A stretch of DNA of 64,000 bases, taken from the NCBI RefSeq assembly GCF_001194135.2, contig NC_068984.1, positions 51,006,725-51,070,724 of the forward strand, in the 5' to 3' direction. Origin of the DNA: Octopus bimaculoides. Taxonomy: Eukaryota. The notes under the pieces were generated by a model. That model ran no database searches. It was given only the letters and a program-made list of their open reading frames with translations, and had not been told where the DNA came from. Position 1 is the stretch's first letter; every line of letters starts with the position of its first letter. Positions 22,496 to 35,413 of the stretch are shown one piece after another. The position numbers and the translations under genes are program-made.

Positions 22496-23875
22496 AGCCA
22501 TTTATGGCTTCAACGGACTGGTGCATGTTAATTTTCCTCCCCTACACACGCGCGCACACATCACATCTATACATGAAAGCATGAAAAAGTTTATAGAAGT
22601 CATGTTACGTAAATATGTTTACATACATAAGTATCACTCTATACATACATACATACATGCACACACACATATATATATACATGTATATATATATACACAT
22701 ATATATATATATATATATAAATATATATTGATAGATAGATAGATAGATATATACTTGTACATTTGTTTATGTATATATATATATATGTGTGTGTGCGCAC
22801 GCGTGCGCGTGTGTGTCTGTCTGTATGGTATGTTATAACTTTTCTTCTGTTATATTATCTTATGTATGAACTACACTGTAAATGCTAAAACTGTCAAACA
22901 TACAAATATAAACATACGCTTCTGGGCAAACACAAAGGTGCTTGTATGTACTGTCAAATTATCATGCAAGTTTGTGATGTATATACTATTCCATACTTCT
23001 GCATGAACTTACTTCTACGTGATTCTAGTTGCTTATTTGATTTCATTGTGATCAATGCATGCTGTGAAAATCCCTAATTTTCTAAATAGTAAAGTGAAGA
23101 AGTGAAAAAATTTTACGCACTGCAGTTTATTACTGGTATGTACTTTGTACCTTCGCAAATAAATATAAAAGGGAAACTTTAAACAAGATGATATGTTCCA
23201 TTGTTGTCTATTGAAACTGTATGGATAGGATTTTTTTGTTTGTTTTGTGTAGGGGAGGAAAAATGTGTAGATGCATATTTTCTGCTTGTAGAAGAAACAG
23301 AATCTAGTTTGGAAACTGATAAGCAAGAATATTTGCTAAACATGTTTAGAGAAATTCTGTTTTAAATATTCCTACAGAAAAAAAAAAATCCACCACCCGG
23401 TCCAGTCGTTGTTGTTTTGCAGTGACTTGTGTACCTCAATAACCCTTAGAGCTGTGCCAGCAGAACGTAAGCTCTCGTACGACCATTCGGTAGAACTTCT
23501 CATTAGAGATCGAAGAATAGCGGAAAAACTAATGAACACTGCTTCGCAGAAAAGAGTTTCTTCTATAGCCTTATGCTGACCAATGCCTTGTGAGGAATAA
23601 TGGTAAATTATGCACATGCACATACACACACTCACACACACATACACGAGTGAGTGGTCAAATGAAAGGGAAAGGCTCTTAACACATTAGTAGTAGTTAC
23701 ATATATTATTATTCAAAACAGTTTGAGTCGGTCCCATGCGACATAATGTTTCGCAGGCATCTTACAGAAACCTAGCTCGTTCAAGCTCAGATAACTTCCT
23801 GTATCTTTTCATTCAGTTACATAATCCTGAACGATATAAGCTTCTCTAAGTTGCATGGAGCCGAATCAAATTTTT

Positions 23876-24141
<266 letters not shown>

Positions 24142-25864
24142 ATACGTCTTTCTTATAACAACCAGCACTTAGCCGAGGTAACAATCAAGAGAGGTATCTC
24201 TTTCAAGGAGATTCCTGTTCGCCTCTATTATTTGTTATAGCCCTGATGCCACTTTCTGTAGTCCTACGCAAAGTCAACGCGCATTATGAGCTGAGAAGAA
24301 TGGACCTCGTCTCAATCACGTTCTCTTCATGACTCATTTAAAACTGTTCGCAAAAACAGAGCCTGAAATGGAGAGGCTGGTTGAGACTGTGCAAATGTGC
24401 AGTAAGGATATAGGGATAGAATTTGGTATCTCGAAGTGTGCTGTTCTTACTTTGAAGCGGAGGGAAAAGAGTATATTGTAAGGTCATAGAATTGCCAAAC
24501 AGAGAGAGAATGGAAGACCCGGATGATGATGGGTACAAGTACCTTGGTATCCTGGAGCTGGACAATATCTTGCATAAAGAAATGAAAGACACGGGCATCA
24601 CTTCATATTTCAAGCGCATTAAACTTCTTTTGAAATCAAAACTCAACTCAAGGAACCTTCTTACTGCCATCAACATACGGGCGGTTGCTCTAGTCCGCTA
24701 TAGTGTACCCATCCTGAAATGGACACGAGCAGAGATTAACCAACTCAATCGCACTACCCGAAAGACAATGACAATATATGGTCCCTCCACCCAGAGGCGA
24801 ATGTACACAGATTCTACATGAAGAGGAGAAAAGGTGGACGTGGGATGATCAGCGTACGGGAGTGCATCAGCAAAGAAAGAAGGAACATGGCATAATATTT
24901 GGTAAACAGCAAAGAAGACCTGCTACAGTATGCTGCTAGTGCAGAAGGATTTAACAAAAATGGACTTGAGAGTGCTTTGGAATTCCGATTAAGAACAGCC
25001 AACGAGACAGAAAAAACCCAACTCCGCATGAAATTACATGGTCAGTGTCACTGTAAAACCAACAAATTAAAAGATCAGGAAGCATAATGGAGGTGGCTTA
25101 GCAAGGGTGACCTATAAAAGAATATTGAAAGCCTAATCATCACTTCCCAGGACAAAGCACTGAATATGTACCACACAAGTTTAACGGACCTCTGCAGAAT
25201 GTGTGGGAAGACGGTCGAAAGCATGACTCACATTGTTAGTGCTTGTGAAGGTCTTGCGCCGAAAGAGTACAAGCGTAGACACGACAAGGTAGCCCAAAAC
25301 ATCCACTGGCTACTATGTTGTAAGTATGGATATGAGGTTACGGGTGCTTGGTACCCATATACACCGGAAAAGTTAATAAACGAAAAAGGGACGGCAAAAA
25401 TCCTCTGGCATTTTGACTTCCATACAGGCAAGGTATTAGAGCACCGAAGTCCGGATATAGTAACCTTTAGAAGGGACAAACAAGACTGCCTAATAATGTA
25501 TGTGTCTGTGCTAGAAGAACAACATATCATCATGAAAGAAAGGAAAAAAGGTTTATAAACAAGGAGACCTGAGATCGCTAAAATGTGGCAGCTACGAAGT
25601 CAAACATAAAGGCTATCCCTATTGTTATCGGAACATTGGATTCAATACCACCCAATCTGAAAAAAACAAACATCTGAAGACTTTAGAAATACCCCACACT
25701 CTAGGTGTATTGCAAAAGTCGGTATTACTTGGAACTGCACGCATATTGCGTAAAGTACTGTCTGTCTGAGATCCTTGTTGTGACTTGAAAAACAGTACAA
25801 ACCCCCGATGGACACAATATCTTCAATCAACAATCTCACGATATTGTATACTATGCGAGGTCTA
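24142..25864 (+). mobile_element. 5'-truncated R4/Dong-clade non-LTR retrotransposon (RT C-terminal half, CCHC knuckle, restriction-like endonuclease); pseudogenised
   Basis: Frameshift-joined translation shows GI-FQGDSCSPLLFVIALMPLS, RLNHVLFMTHLKLFAK (FMDD mutated, ~24326), DIGIEFGISKCA, YKYLGILE, KSKLNSRNLLTAIN, HRFYMKRRKGGRGMIS, CRMCGKTVESMTHIVSAC, YKRRHDKVA, ILWHFDFHTGKVLEHRSPDIV, PIVIGTL and LQKSVLLGTARILRKVLSV* (stop 25767-25769). A ~95-bp 3' UTR is followed by (TAA)n. Confidence 0.92.
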
Positions 25865-25880
25865 TAATAATAATAATAAC

Positions 25881-25948
<68 letters not shown>

Positions 25949-25960
25949 TGATGATGATGG

Positions 25961-25991
<31 letters not shown>

Positions 25992-25992
25992 A
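25865..25992. repeat. (TAA)n/(GAT)n microsatellite, 3' flank of the Dong-like insertion
   Basis: Direct reading. Confidence 0.95.
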
Positions 25993-26409
25993 AAATGCTC
26001 TGATGCAGTGCCAGGCAGTGACTCTCATGGCTGCTCATCTTAACTGATTGGAAGTGTTATCATGTACATTAATTTATCTTGATATAAAAGATGGGCTACA
26101 GCAAATATTCTGCTCAATACCACACATTTGCTTGCCAGTTGTTTGACCTTAACCAGTTGAGCATAACCCTTAGTGGCTGACGATATGTGCATCTCTGATC
26201 ACAAACAGAAGTAGTAGGGCAGCATCATAGCCATATGTTGTGAGGAATCCTTTGGGATTTGGATATTTCACCTTTGGAAACATGGGTGTTTTGCTCATCA
26301 TCCTTGAAGCAAATCTTATTCAGGGGCCTTTTCAGTGGAATGGGCTACTCAAACTGAGGAAGAGTTTAACTGGACCCCACCTGCAACATCATGCGGTATT
26401 TAAGCAGAG

Positions 26410-26520
26410 AAACGAGACAAGCAACATAAAGAATATTCCCCTTCATCAGTTGTCCTTGTTTCATCTACTCCGCATTTCGAGGGTAAGGACAATACGCGAC
26501 TTCGTTGAAACAGTCCAGAT
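26410..26520 (+). repeat. Interspersed repeat family P fragment
   Basis: caagcaacataaagaa...cttcatcagttgtc...ctactccgcatttcgag is similar to 34780-34845 and 33650-33696. Confidence 0.6.
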
Positions 26521-27393
26521 ACATACATACATACATACACACATACTTGATTTTTACGGTGGAGGAGAGAGAACTCAACGCGTAGATTTTAAAAATTTTT
26601 CTTGTTGACTCATGAGATTTGAAAATCTACAATTCGCGCGCTCGCGTGTGTGTGTGTGTGTGAACGTACACACTTATGAGCATATGATTTTGTGGTGCAG
26701 ATGTCTGGTGGATTCTCTGTGTCATATCTAATATGTGTTCTACACGTTTGTGTCATTCAACCTTGGGTGTGCGCACGAATGTGAAAGATTTTGGGTGTAT
26801 TCCTATTCCTGTTGAAGTTATCCACTTTTGGTACCATGAGACGTGGAAGTAACAACAGTAATAACAATGCAATTTAAGTCTATATACATCCTTGGTTCAT
26901 TTTCCTATTTCTATTGTTATTTTACGAAAAAAAAATGCAGCAAAAACATTGGAATGTATTATCGGAAGACATTAAAAGACTGAAAAGTCCTCGTGGTGTC
27001 AATGAGTGCTGTTATTTCGGTAGTGTTTGAAATAGAGTTGGTGTAGGAGGTGATAGTGTTAGGTGCGGGCTTGTTGGGAGTGCTGTTGTTGTTGTTATTA
27101 GTTTTGTTGTTTAGATCTGGGTCAGCCCAATCAAGCTGACCTATATTCAAGGCTTTTCATCGATAATCATCTCGTCTTTCCTTCAGGATTACATTATCCA
27201 TCGATTATATTATCCAAAGCAGCAGAGTGTGATTCGAGCGAGATTTACCTGCTATTTCTAGCAGAATCACGAACTTAAGAAGTGACCCCCATTATTAACG
27301 CGTTTGTGGTATTCAGGTGCGCGCGATGTAGGTGTTACTACGCTTGTCGGTGATAGTGGTGTTATTGCTGCTGTCCCCGTTGGATGGCGACTG

Positions 27394-27790
27394 TACAGTT
27401 GCCTACAATTATTCTATGGCCAGAGTATTAAAACTAAATACTAATTTTACTTTTAATAACATCAAACATTATCCAGAATGATTAAAAGTTTGTCTGATAT
27501 TTTGTAAGTTCTCCTTTAGGTAATATAACTATTTTCATCCGATTAAATATGGATTTGGTTAAATTATTGAAGACAGACTGATTCATATTTATCGACAGTA
27601 CGGTCAATTCCTTCAGCTCTGCAATTGATGTAATTATGGATCATCTTGCTCGCAACATTCTATCTTTATGTTTCAATACATGTCCTATTGTGTTAAAATC
27701 GGGGCATTGAGTAACCCATTCCACGTGTTCCTTGTAGGTTTGAGCTATCTAGCTTGTACTGCACGGCGCTCCTTCTTGAGTAATGGTTGG
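27394..27790 (-). mobile_element. Tc1-like transposon remnant (transposase C-terminus and terminal TIR)
   Basis: Minus frame QEGAPCSTS*IAQTYKEHVEWVTQCPDFNTIGHVLKH...SITSIAELKEL...VFNNLTKSIFNRMKIVILPKGELTKY matches Tc1 QDGAP.H, PQSPDLNPIE and MP.R..AVI.AKGG.TKY. Terminus TACAGTTG at 27394. Confidence 0.8.
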
Positions 27791-27849
27791 GTAATCGACC
27801 TTTAAAAAAGATCTCCGATCTTCCTGTCACCCACAACGAAGATATTCAC

Positions 27850-27966
27850 TCTGTAAGCGGAACAGTGCAAATATTTAATACTTTTCTCGCGTTTAAAATG
27901 TGAATTTGCTTTCGTTATTAATATTTCAACGATGGAGCTTTGTATCTTTGTTAGAAACCAACTCCT
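27850..27966 (+). mobile_element. 3' end of an R4/Dong-like element, same lineage as 13735-13925
   Basis: SVSGTVQIFNTFLAFKM* plus 3' UTR gatggagctttgtatctttg...gaaacc..ctcc, aligning with 13770-13885 (roughly 70% by eye). Confidence 0.6.
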
Positions 27967-28039
27967 TGGAGAATTCGAGTAATTGAGAATAGGAGCGAAC
28001 ATGTACATACATTCATGCGATGAATATATGTCAATATAA

Positions 28040-28470
28040 AGGCGGTGAGCTGGCAGAAACGTTAGCACGCCAGGCAAAATGCTTAGCAGCCTTTCGTCTA
28101 CTGTTACGTTCTAAATTCAAATTCCGCTGAGGTCGACTTTGCCTTTCATCCTTTCGGGGTCGATAAATTAAGTACCAGTTACACACTGGGGTCGATGTAA
28201 TCGACTTAATCCCTTTGTCTGTTCTTGTTTGTCCCCTCTATGTTTAGCCCCTTGTGGGCAATAAAAAAATAAGAAACGTTAGCACGCCGGGCGAAATGTT
28301 TAGCGGTATTTCGTCTGTCTTTGCGTTCTGAGTTCAAATTCGGCCGAAGTCAACTTTGCCTTTCATCATTTCGGTGTCGATAAATTAAGTACCAGTTGCG
28401 TACTGGGGTAGATCTAATCGACTCGCCCTCTCCCAGAAAATTTCGGGCCTTGTGCCTAGAGTAGAAAACA
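28040..28470 (+). mobile_element. SINE family B head-to-tail dimer
   Basis: Unit 1 28040-28260 and unit 2 from 28271 (agaaacgttagcacgcc) repeat the B box and central domain. The linker (ttgtttgtcccctctatgtttagccccttgtgggcaataa) also occurs inverted at 33350-33392. Confidence 0.9.
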
Positions 28471-28544
28471 ATATATGTCAATACCAGAAGGTGGTCATAC
28501 CCCTTTGTTACCAGATACCAGTCTGACTTTATCATTTTATATTT

Positions 28545-28833
28545 TACTTGTTTCAGTCATTAGACTGCGGTCATGCTGGGACACCACCTTGAAGAACTTT
28601 TAGTGAGTCTCTATCGCCTAGTCTCTATTGCCGAACCACTAAACTACGGGGAGATAAACAACACAACATCGGTCGTCAAGTGATAATGGTTTCCGTCTAC
28701 CGAATCCACTCACAAGGCTTTGGTTGGCTCGTGGCTTTAGTAGAAGACATTTTCCCAAGGTGCCATGCTGTGTGACTGATCCTGGAACCATTTGGTTGGG
28801 AAGCAAACTTCTTACCACACAGGCATGCCTGCG
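28545..28833 (-). mobile_element. SINE family A, diverged with internal deletions (further fragments 28935-29230, 31030-31190, 31850-31990)
   Basis: Alignable with 14902-15602. Confidence 0.8.
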
Positions 28834-29320
28834 CATTTATTTAATTTTAAATATATTTATCAATATATACCTGACTAACTCTCTTTACATTTTTACATCA
28901 GTTTCAATGTGTGATTATCAATATATTCAGTTTATTTGGTCCTGTTATTGGACTGCAGCCATGCTTACAGCACCGCTTTCAATGAGTGCACTAAAGCAAA
29001 TGGTCACCAATATTTAAGTACATATTTTTTAAAAGTGTGGTATCGACCCCTTTTGCCGGACCGCTAGTTTTTCGGGGACGAAGCAAACCGCCATTTGTTG
29101 TCAAGCGTTGAGAGATAGGCAGAAAGACGTACGACTACAGGCGCACGCGTACACACACTCACACACACACATACACAAACATGACAGGCTTCAAAATTGT
29201 TTCCGTCAATCACACTCACTCACAAGTCATTGTTGTCTCAGTATATGAATATACTCTGGGATATAAATATATATGTGTGTGTGTGTGTATAAACTCACAC
29301 ACACACACGTNNNNNNNNNN

Positions 29321-29366
<46 letters not shown>

Positions 29367-29813
29367 CACTCACACACACATACTTACAAAAATACGCACA
29401 CACACACATAAAGTATGTGTGTGTATATGTGTTTGTCGTGTGTGTGTTCACGCTTGGTTTTGAAAGTCTTTATGTATGTGTGTAGCGCACTTTCACCGTC
29501 GACTTTAATGTATGTGTCTTTAAGTGCTTCTTTTAAAATGTGTCTCAGAAGAAAGGGGTTCTCCCCCTATTTACAATAGCTGGCTTGGAATTCACTTGGG
29601 ACTGGGTGTGTTTTATTATTGTTTGTATATAGCCTAGTTTTAAGTTTGTTTAAATATTTTACCTCTTGCTTTGTTTTATGGGATATCAGCTTCTGTATAT
29701 AATTGCATACACGCATGTGTGTTAATGTGTGTGTATGTGTTTGTGTATATGCGTGTTGGTACGTGTATACATACATACATACATACATACATACATACAT
29801 ACATACATACATA

Positions 29814-30652
29814 CAGGCTGTTCGGGCTAAATTTGACGATTTTTTACCGTCTTCTTTTTTCAAGAACTGCAGCTTGAAAAACATTTTCAAGAACAGCGGC
29901 GTTGAAGAGCATTAAGATTAAAGTTTACTTGGGCAAACGTTAGCTGACAAGGAGTACTGGAAACTATCTCAATATTGGGAAAGATTTATCTCTATGATGA
30001 TAATTCGCGCCGGGTATCACAATGCGGACACCATGACTATAGTTCCATGCCCTGTGAACACTGTAAGGATGTGACGTAAACAGCTGCACATGAGGCGTTC
30101 TGATTGCGCCCACACAGCGGAATTTATCTCCACATCTTGAACAGGGTCTTAAGCTGAATTTAGACGGCTATGTGAAGCTGCATGAGACAGTGGTCGAACT
30201 CTGCCTGGAGAAGGTTGCTGCTAGAAGGTCACATGTGTGCTAGTGGGATTCATCCCATTGGCATACCCTCGAAAGAGTCAGAAGTAGTTGTCGGAGAATT
30301 TCTACGATTTCAATAGCCCCAATTGCTGGCCTATAAATTCCTTTGTTTGTAACCCCATAATTACTATGTGTAGGATGCGGTTCAGAAAGACACCAACCTC
30401 TCTACCTGCAACACCAAGGCCGAGCTGTTGGCTAAGACCAAGATTTTCAAAATCTCCCCAGAGATATAATGAGGAACACACGTACAAGGTTGCAGAGCCG
30501 TCTTGAAGCCTTGGTGGAATTTGAGGGCGACTACTCTGAACAAACTGTCATCTTCCACCCATAATCTAGTTCATACTCCTTGATCTTTTGGATGAGATAT
30601 TGTGTGTACTTTTCCTTTTATGCAAACTGTCAAATTTAGGCCGAACACCATG
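29814..30652 (+). mobile_element. Tc1/mariner-superfamily (maT-like) internally deleted transposon with both TIRs
   Basis: TIRs (TA)CAGGCTGTTCGGGCTAAATTTGAC and reverse-complement CATGGTGTTCGGCCTAAATTTGAC. Broken translation gives LEQGLKLNLDGYVKLHETVV...VC*WDSSHWHT, LSENFYDFNSPNCWPINSFVCNP (WPPNSPDCNP-like), DYYV*DAVQKDTN..CNTKAELLAK and SRLEALVEFEGDYSE. Subfamily assignment is an inference. Confidence 0.85.
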
Positions 30653-31505
30653 AACATACACACACATACAAGCTGGTTGTTTTCTCGTTCTCAGTCATCA
30701 CCCAAAGCACTTCAGAGTCGGCCTCATGTTGAGCAGCATCGGTGTGACATTTCAGGCCGGCAAGTGACCTACACTGTTTGGCATAGATGTTACATACGTA
30801 CATACAAACATACATGCATGCATCCATCCATCCATCCATACATACATACATACATACATTACATATACATTATGTACACAAACATTATTACTAATTTACT
30901 ACAAACTGAAAATAAAGTACACAATAGTTTTACTATAGTTCATTCGTCATTTTGAGTTGCCTACTTACACAAGCATGCGCATTCGCACGCACAGATGTAT
31001 GGATAAATACAGCAACGCAAGTTCATATATATAGTCTTTTCTTTTTATTTTAATCACTGGACTGCAGGCATACTAGGACATCGCCTTGAAAGGTTTTGTC
31101 GATCAAGTACACCCCAGTAGTTATTTACTTTCAAGTCTGGCGCTCACTCTAACGGCTTCTCTTAGCGAACCCCTTAGTTACCGGGCTACTGTTTCCAACA
31201 TGTCTATTTACAGTCTCATTCGGTGGCTTGTTTATTGAATATGACGTTTAGTTAGGTGCTAGACAGAGATATATATACAGACAGAAAACAAATAGTGAGA
31301 CTGTCATTGGAGAATAAATAAATCTTTAGAGACAAAATATTGATGTGACGGCAAGGTTTATACTGTTGTTTCTGCGGGATGCTTCAACTCTGTCACATTT
31401 ATAAATCGCTTTTACCACTTTTACGGTTGATTTAGTAACTAAATACCACACCTGAGAATGTTTTGATTCTGGGTTATATAAACACACACATACACACATA
31501 CAAAA

Positions 31506-31577
<72 letters not shown>

Positions 31578-32164
31578 GAGCACACGTTTTTCCTCACAAT
31601 AGCGCATATCGATATATATGTGTGTGCATGTATACTTTCATACACATGTATATATATATATATATATATATACATACACAAACATGAATACATACATATA
31701 TACACATGCAAAAGGTGATATAAATAAGCATATATATTCGAATGTCAGAAGTTACCGTTTGTAGTTGCAAACACCGTGCAAGCCCGTGTGTGCATGAGCG
31801 CGCGCGCGCGCGTCTGTGTGTGTGTTTATTTGTGTCTCATCACTTTAGAAGCTGCAATAGTTTGTTTACGTCCCGGTAGCTTAGTATTTCGTCGAAAGGA
31901 ATTGGTATCAAACTTCAAAAATAGGTACTGTGATCGATTTCATTGATCAAAATACTCCAGCATGGCCGAGGTCCAGGATCCTCAAAAAAGGAAAACAAGA
32001 GTGCATGGCTATGCACAGATACAGCTACAACCTCACACGGAGGATATCTTGGGTTCTGACTGCACCAAAGCTGAATAAGATGTAAATAGATCAAAATCAC
32101 AGCACCCTAGCAAACAAGCTCTGATGGAACAGAGAAATATGTCTTTTCTAATATAGTGCAAAAG

Positions 32165-32353
32165 GAATTTTGGTGGAGAGGAGTAATCGATTTCATCGAT
32201 GCCAATGCTTGATTAGTGCTTTGATCGCTTTCGAAAGAAAGGATGAAAGGTAAAGTCGACTACAGCGTTATTTGAACCTGGAACGTATAGCCAGAAGAAA
32301 AGCCGTTAAGCATTTTAGCTGGGAGTAACGACGATTCTAACAGATCGCCGCTT
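32165..32353 (-). mobile_element. SINE family B, old copy (further fragments 10850-10930, 11405-11495, 37005-37110, 54180-54260)
   Basis: Reverse complement of head, B box and ggatgaaaggtaaagtcgac domain. Confidence 0.75.
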
Positions 32354-33217
32354 GGAGTAGATACGCATTAAATAGAATGGACTGTGTTGACCATATTGTA
32401 CTTTCTTTACAACCATATTCCATCGAGCGCTACGAGATCCAACGGGCTCTTGATGTTGTTCTCTTTCTGAAGAAAGTATGAGGTTATTTTATAAAGATTT
32501 GGTTCCTATTTCCTGCAGGAAAGAGTACTCTCGACAGATTGTCTAGCGAATATGTTAATAAGTTCGTTTGGTAGAAGAACGAATAACTTCAAAGATTGTT
32601 GTTGAGACAACTGTACGGTTTCTTTAAATGCTTCCTTTGTAAGAGACAACGTAATAAACACATGACGTATAGTTTGCCTCGATAAAAGAAATGACGCAAT
32701 AAATAATTACTTGAGGTTTAAGAAGCAATGTGTGTGTGTGTGTGTGTGTGTGTACTTACTACACACACATACACACACACACGCACACACACACACATAT
32801 AGAGAGAGAAAGCCTGGGAACAGCTGTTGTTTCAGACATGATATATTGAAAACAGTTATTTTCAAATTTTATTTTTCTTATTAAGTTATCTTTTTATCTG
32901 CGTAATCAGATATAGTTCGATTGGCAAAATAACGTTCTTAAATTTATTATCAATGTTTCCAGGTTATTTCACCCTTATCTTCAGAATGTGGAACGGTAAG
33001 AACTCCTGAAGTTCTCTTACTATAGTGGACAGCTAATGAATAAACAGACTATAAGGAGACAATTCTGTTTATGCTCACTTCACAACCAGGATTTGGCCAT
33101 CACAGTAATGATAATAACAAAGAAAAGAAAGAGACTTGTTTTTAATGTCTGGAACATTTTTGATGATAAACCTGATCAAACAGGACCAAGGTGTGATTAC
33201 AGCAGCAGCAACAGCAA

Positions 33218-33283
<66 letters not shown>

Positions 33284-33556
33284 CAGCAGCAGCAGCAGCA
33301 TATTTTAAAATTTGTGATGTTAACTTTCTGTATATCTAAAATATTCTTTTTATTGCCCACAAGGGGCTAAACATAGAGGGGACAAACAAGGGCATCTGTA
33401 TATCTAAAATATATGCAGCAGCCCCCTCCATCTCTCTCCACACGCACGCACATTAAAAAGGGGGAGAATGTGAGGGAGAGGAACCAATGTATTATATATG
33501 TGCATACATACATATGTTTGCATGTATGCATTGTCATATATATATATATATGTGTG

Positions 33557-33696
33557 TGGGCACGGGACGTCACGAAACGTGTACAACAAAAAAATACAAA
33601 GTACGAGTACATGGAATATGAACTATTTTTTCGAAAAACGAAAGACACAAATACAAAACAAAACAAACAACACAAAAAAACGACCGTTCATCAGTT
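33557..33696 (+). repeat. Interspersed repeat family P fragment
   Basis: gtgggcacgggacgtcacgaaacgtgtacaac...gacacaaat..aaaacaaaacaaacaac...ttcatcagttg is the inverted homologue of 34865-35005. Confidence 0.8.
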
Positions 33697-33943
33697 GAGA
33701 GAGAGAGAGAGAGAGAGAGAGGGAGACAGAGACAGAAAGTGAGAGACAGACAGACAAACAGAGAGGGAGAGATAGAATGTGTGAGAGAGAGAAAGGAATA
33801 GAGAGCGTCAGAAATAGTGTGAAATATAGTTTAACCTGTATGGGAGGGTCTGCAAAGGTTAATGCATTTCTGCGCTTCTTTCTCATCTAATATATTAACG
33901 AGAGCGAGTGGAAGAGACATTAGGAAAGAGTTGGGCAGAGAGA

Positions 33944-34070
<127 letters not shown>

Positions 34071-34756
34071 AGGAAGTGATGAAGACATAAGCGGACCGAT
34101 AAAGAAATACTTTCACCCCTCCACGCACCGATAAACACCTCCCACCTTCCACAATACTCTCAGTGCAGTCAAATGGCTATTGGCGTCATATAGACTCTAA
34201 TAAGGGGCAGGAGACGGTGGAGTGAGATTGCAAGTCTCGATTTCACTTTACTTCAAAATGTCGACCTGTGTAATATTATGTACTTAGTCTCTTAGTCTCG
34301 TAGTCTGTCCTGTCAGTCACACACACACAAACACACACACACACACACATAGAGAGTCTGTCTATTTACCTGTCTGAACGTTTGTCTCCCCATCTTTGTG
34401 GGATCCACTCGCTAGCTCTCTGTATGTTACGTCTCTTTTGCGGTACTTTCTTCTATGAACGAATGCGTCTCAATTTTGCCTATATGCTTGGTTGATGTCA
34501 TTCAGCTTCCTCCCCCCCCCCTCTAAGAACTAGGAACCTGAATTTGTAAATTAACCAAATAGTGCTTTTATCTAAAAACTTCACTATTAACAACAGTAAC
34601 TGGGCTCTCCCAACTTCATGAAATTCTAAATCTGCCCTCGAAGTCTACGGGTACATGAAGCCGGAGATTATCCGGGTTTCTTAGGCATTTAGGTAACTGA
34701 AAATACAGACTGCCATTGAACAGGACGTCAGTCTGTCGCAGGATTAACCCCGGCTC

Positions 34757-35005
34757 AACGAAAGACACAAATGGAAAACAAAACAAACAACATAAAGAAC
34801 GACACGTCATCAGTTGTTGGCTGTTTTTCTAGTACCGTATTTCGGAGACTAGAAAAACAGCCAGCAACTGATGAAGTGTCGTTCCTTATGTTTGTTTTGC
34901 TTTCCATTTGTGTCTTTAGTTGTTCGAAAGAATGAATAGTCATGTTCCATGTACTTGTGCTTCGTACATTTTTGTTGTACACATTTAGTGACGTACTGTG
35001 CCCAC
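34757..35005. repeat. Family P copy with a ~72-bp terminal foldback
   Basis: Arms 34761-34833 and 34848-34917 are inverted (4 substitutions and one 3-nt indel) around a 14-nt loop. Confidence 0.85.
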
Positions 35006-35077
35006 ATATACATATATATACGTATAGCTATAAGTATGTGAATATACGTATGCATATATGCATATATACATTTTTTT

Positions 35078-35413
35078 AGACCCCCTTCGGTCATGAATGA
35101 CCATGGGATTGCACCTAGAAAGTTACCCTCCGAGGTACAAGTCCGGGCAAGGTTGTTTGTGGAAGGCCAGCAGTCGCCCATGCATACGTGCCTCCTCACT
35201 CCACACCACTGATGTTATCCAAGGGAAAAGCAAAGGTCGATACAGCTTGGCACCAGTGATGTCGCAACTCATTTCTATAGCTGAGCTAACTGGATCCACG
35301 TAAAATAAAGTGTCTTGCTCAAGAACACAACATGCAGCCCGATCCAGGAATCGAACTCACAACCTCACGATCGTAAGCTCGACGCTCTAACCACTGAGTT
35401 ATGCGCCTTCACT
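35078..35413 (-). mobile_element. SINE family C (tRNA head, GTGTTCTTGAGCAAGACAC conserved segment, distinct tail)
   Basis: Minus head gtgaaggcgcataactcagtggttagagcg (A box) ... GAGTTCGATTCC (B box). A related fragment lies at ~44285-44320. An RTE-type origin of the tail is recalled, not verified. Confidence 0.8.

Noticed and set aside
21318-22501. 300-400 aa ORFs here and at 42653-43921, 44968-45683, 46129-46862
   Set aside because: Artefacts of N-gaps (X runs) joined to dinucleotide repeats.
26240-26608. 122-aa ORF MRNPLGFGYFTF...
   Set aside because: No recognisable domain, it runs across repeat family P and a microsatellite, and it starts at a non-ATG codon. 26000-26400 looks like an interspersed repeat, but I have no second copy in the window to support that.
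32378-32580. Two adjacent plus-strand exon-like pieces (MDCVDHIVLSLQPYSIERYE... and after tcctgcAG)
   Set aside because: The implied intron is only ~43 nt and the peptides show no homology I can recognise.
34616-34760. CR1 3'-end-like peptide LPKCLRN on the minus strand
   Set aside because: Similarity limited to a few residues; insufficient.
35340-35413. tRNA gene on the minus strand
   Set aside because: It is the head of SINE family C, continuous with the SINE body.
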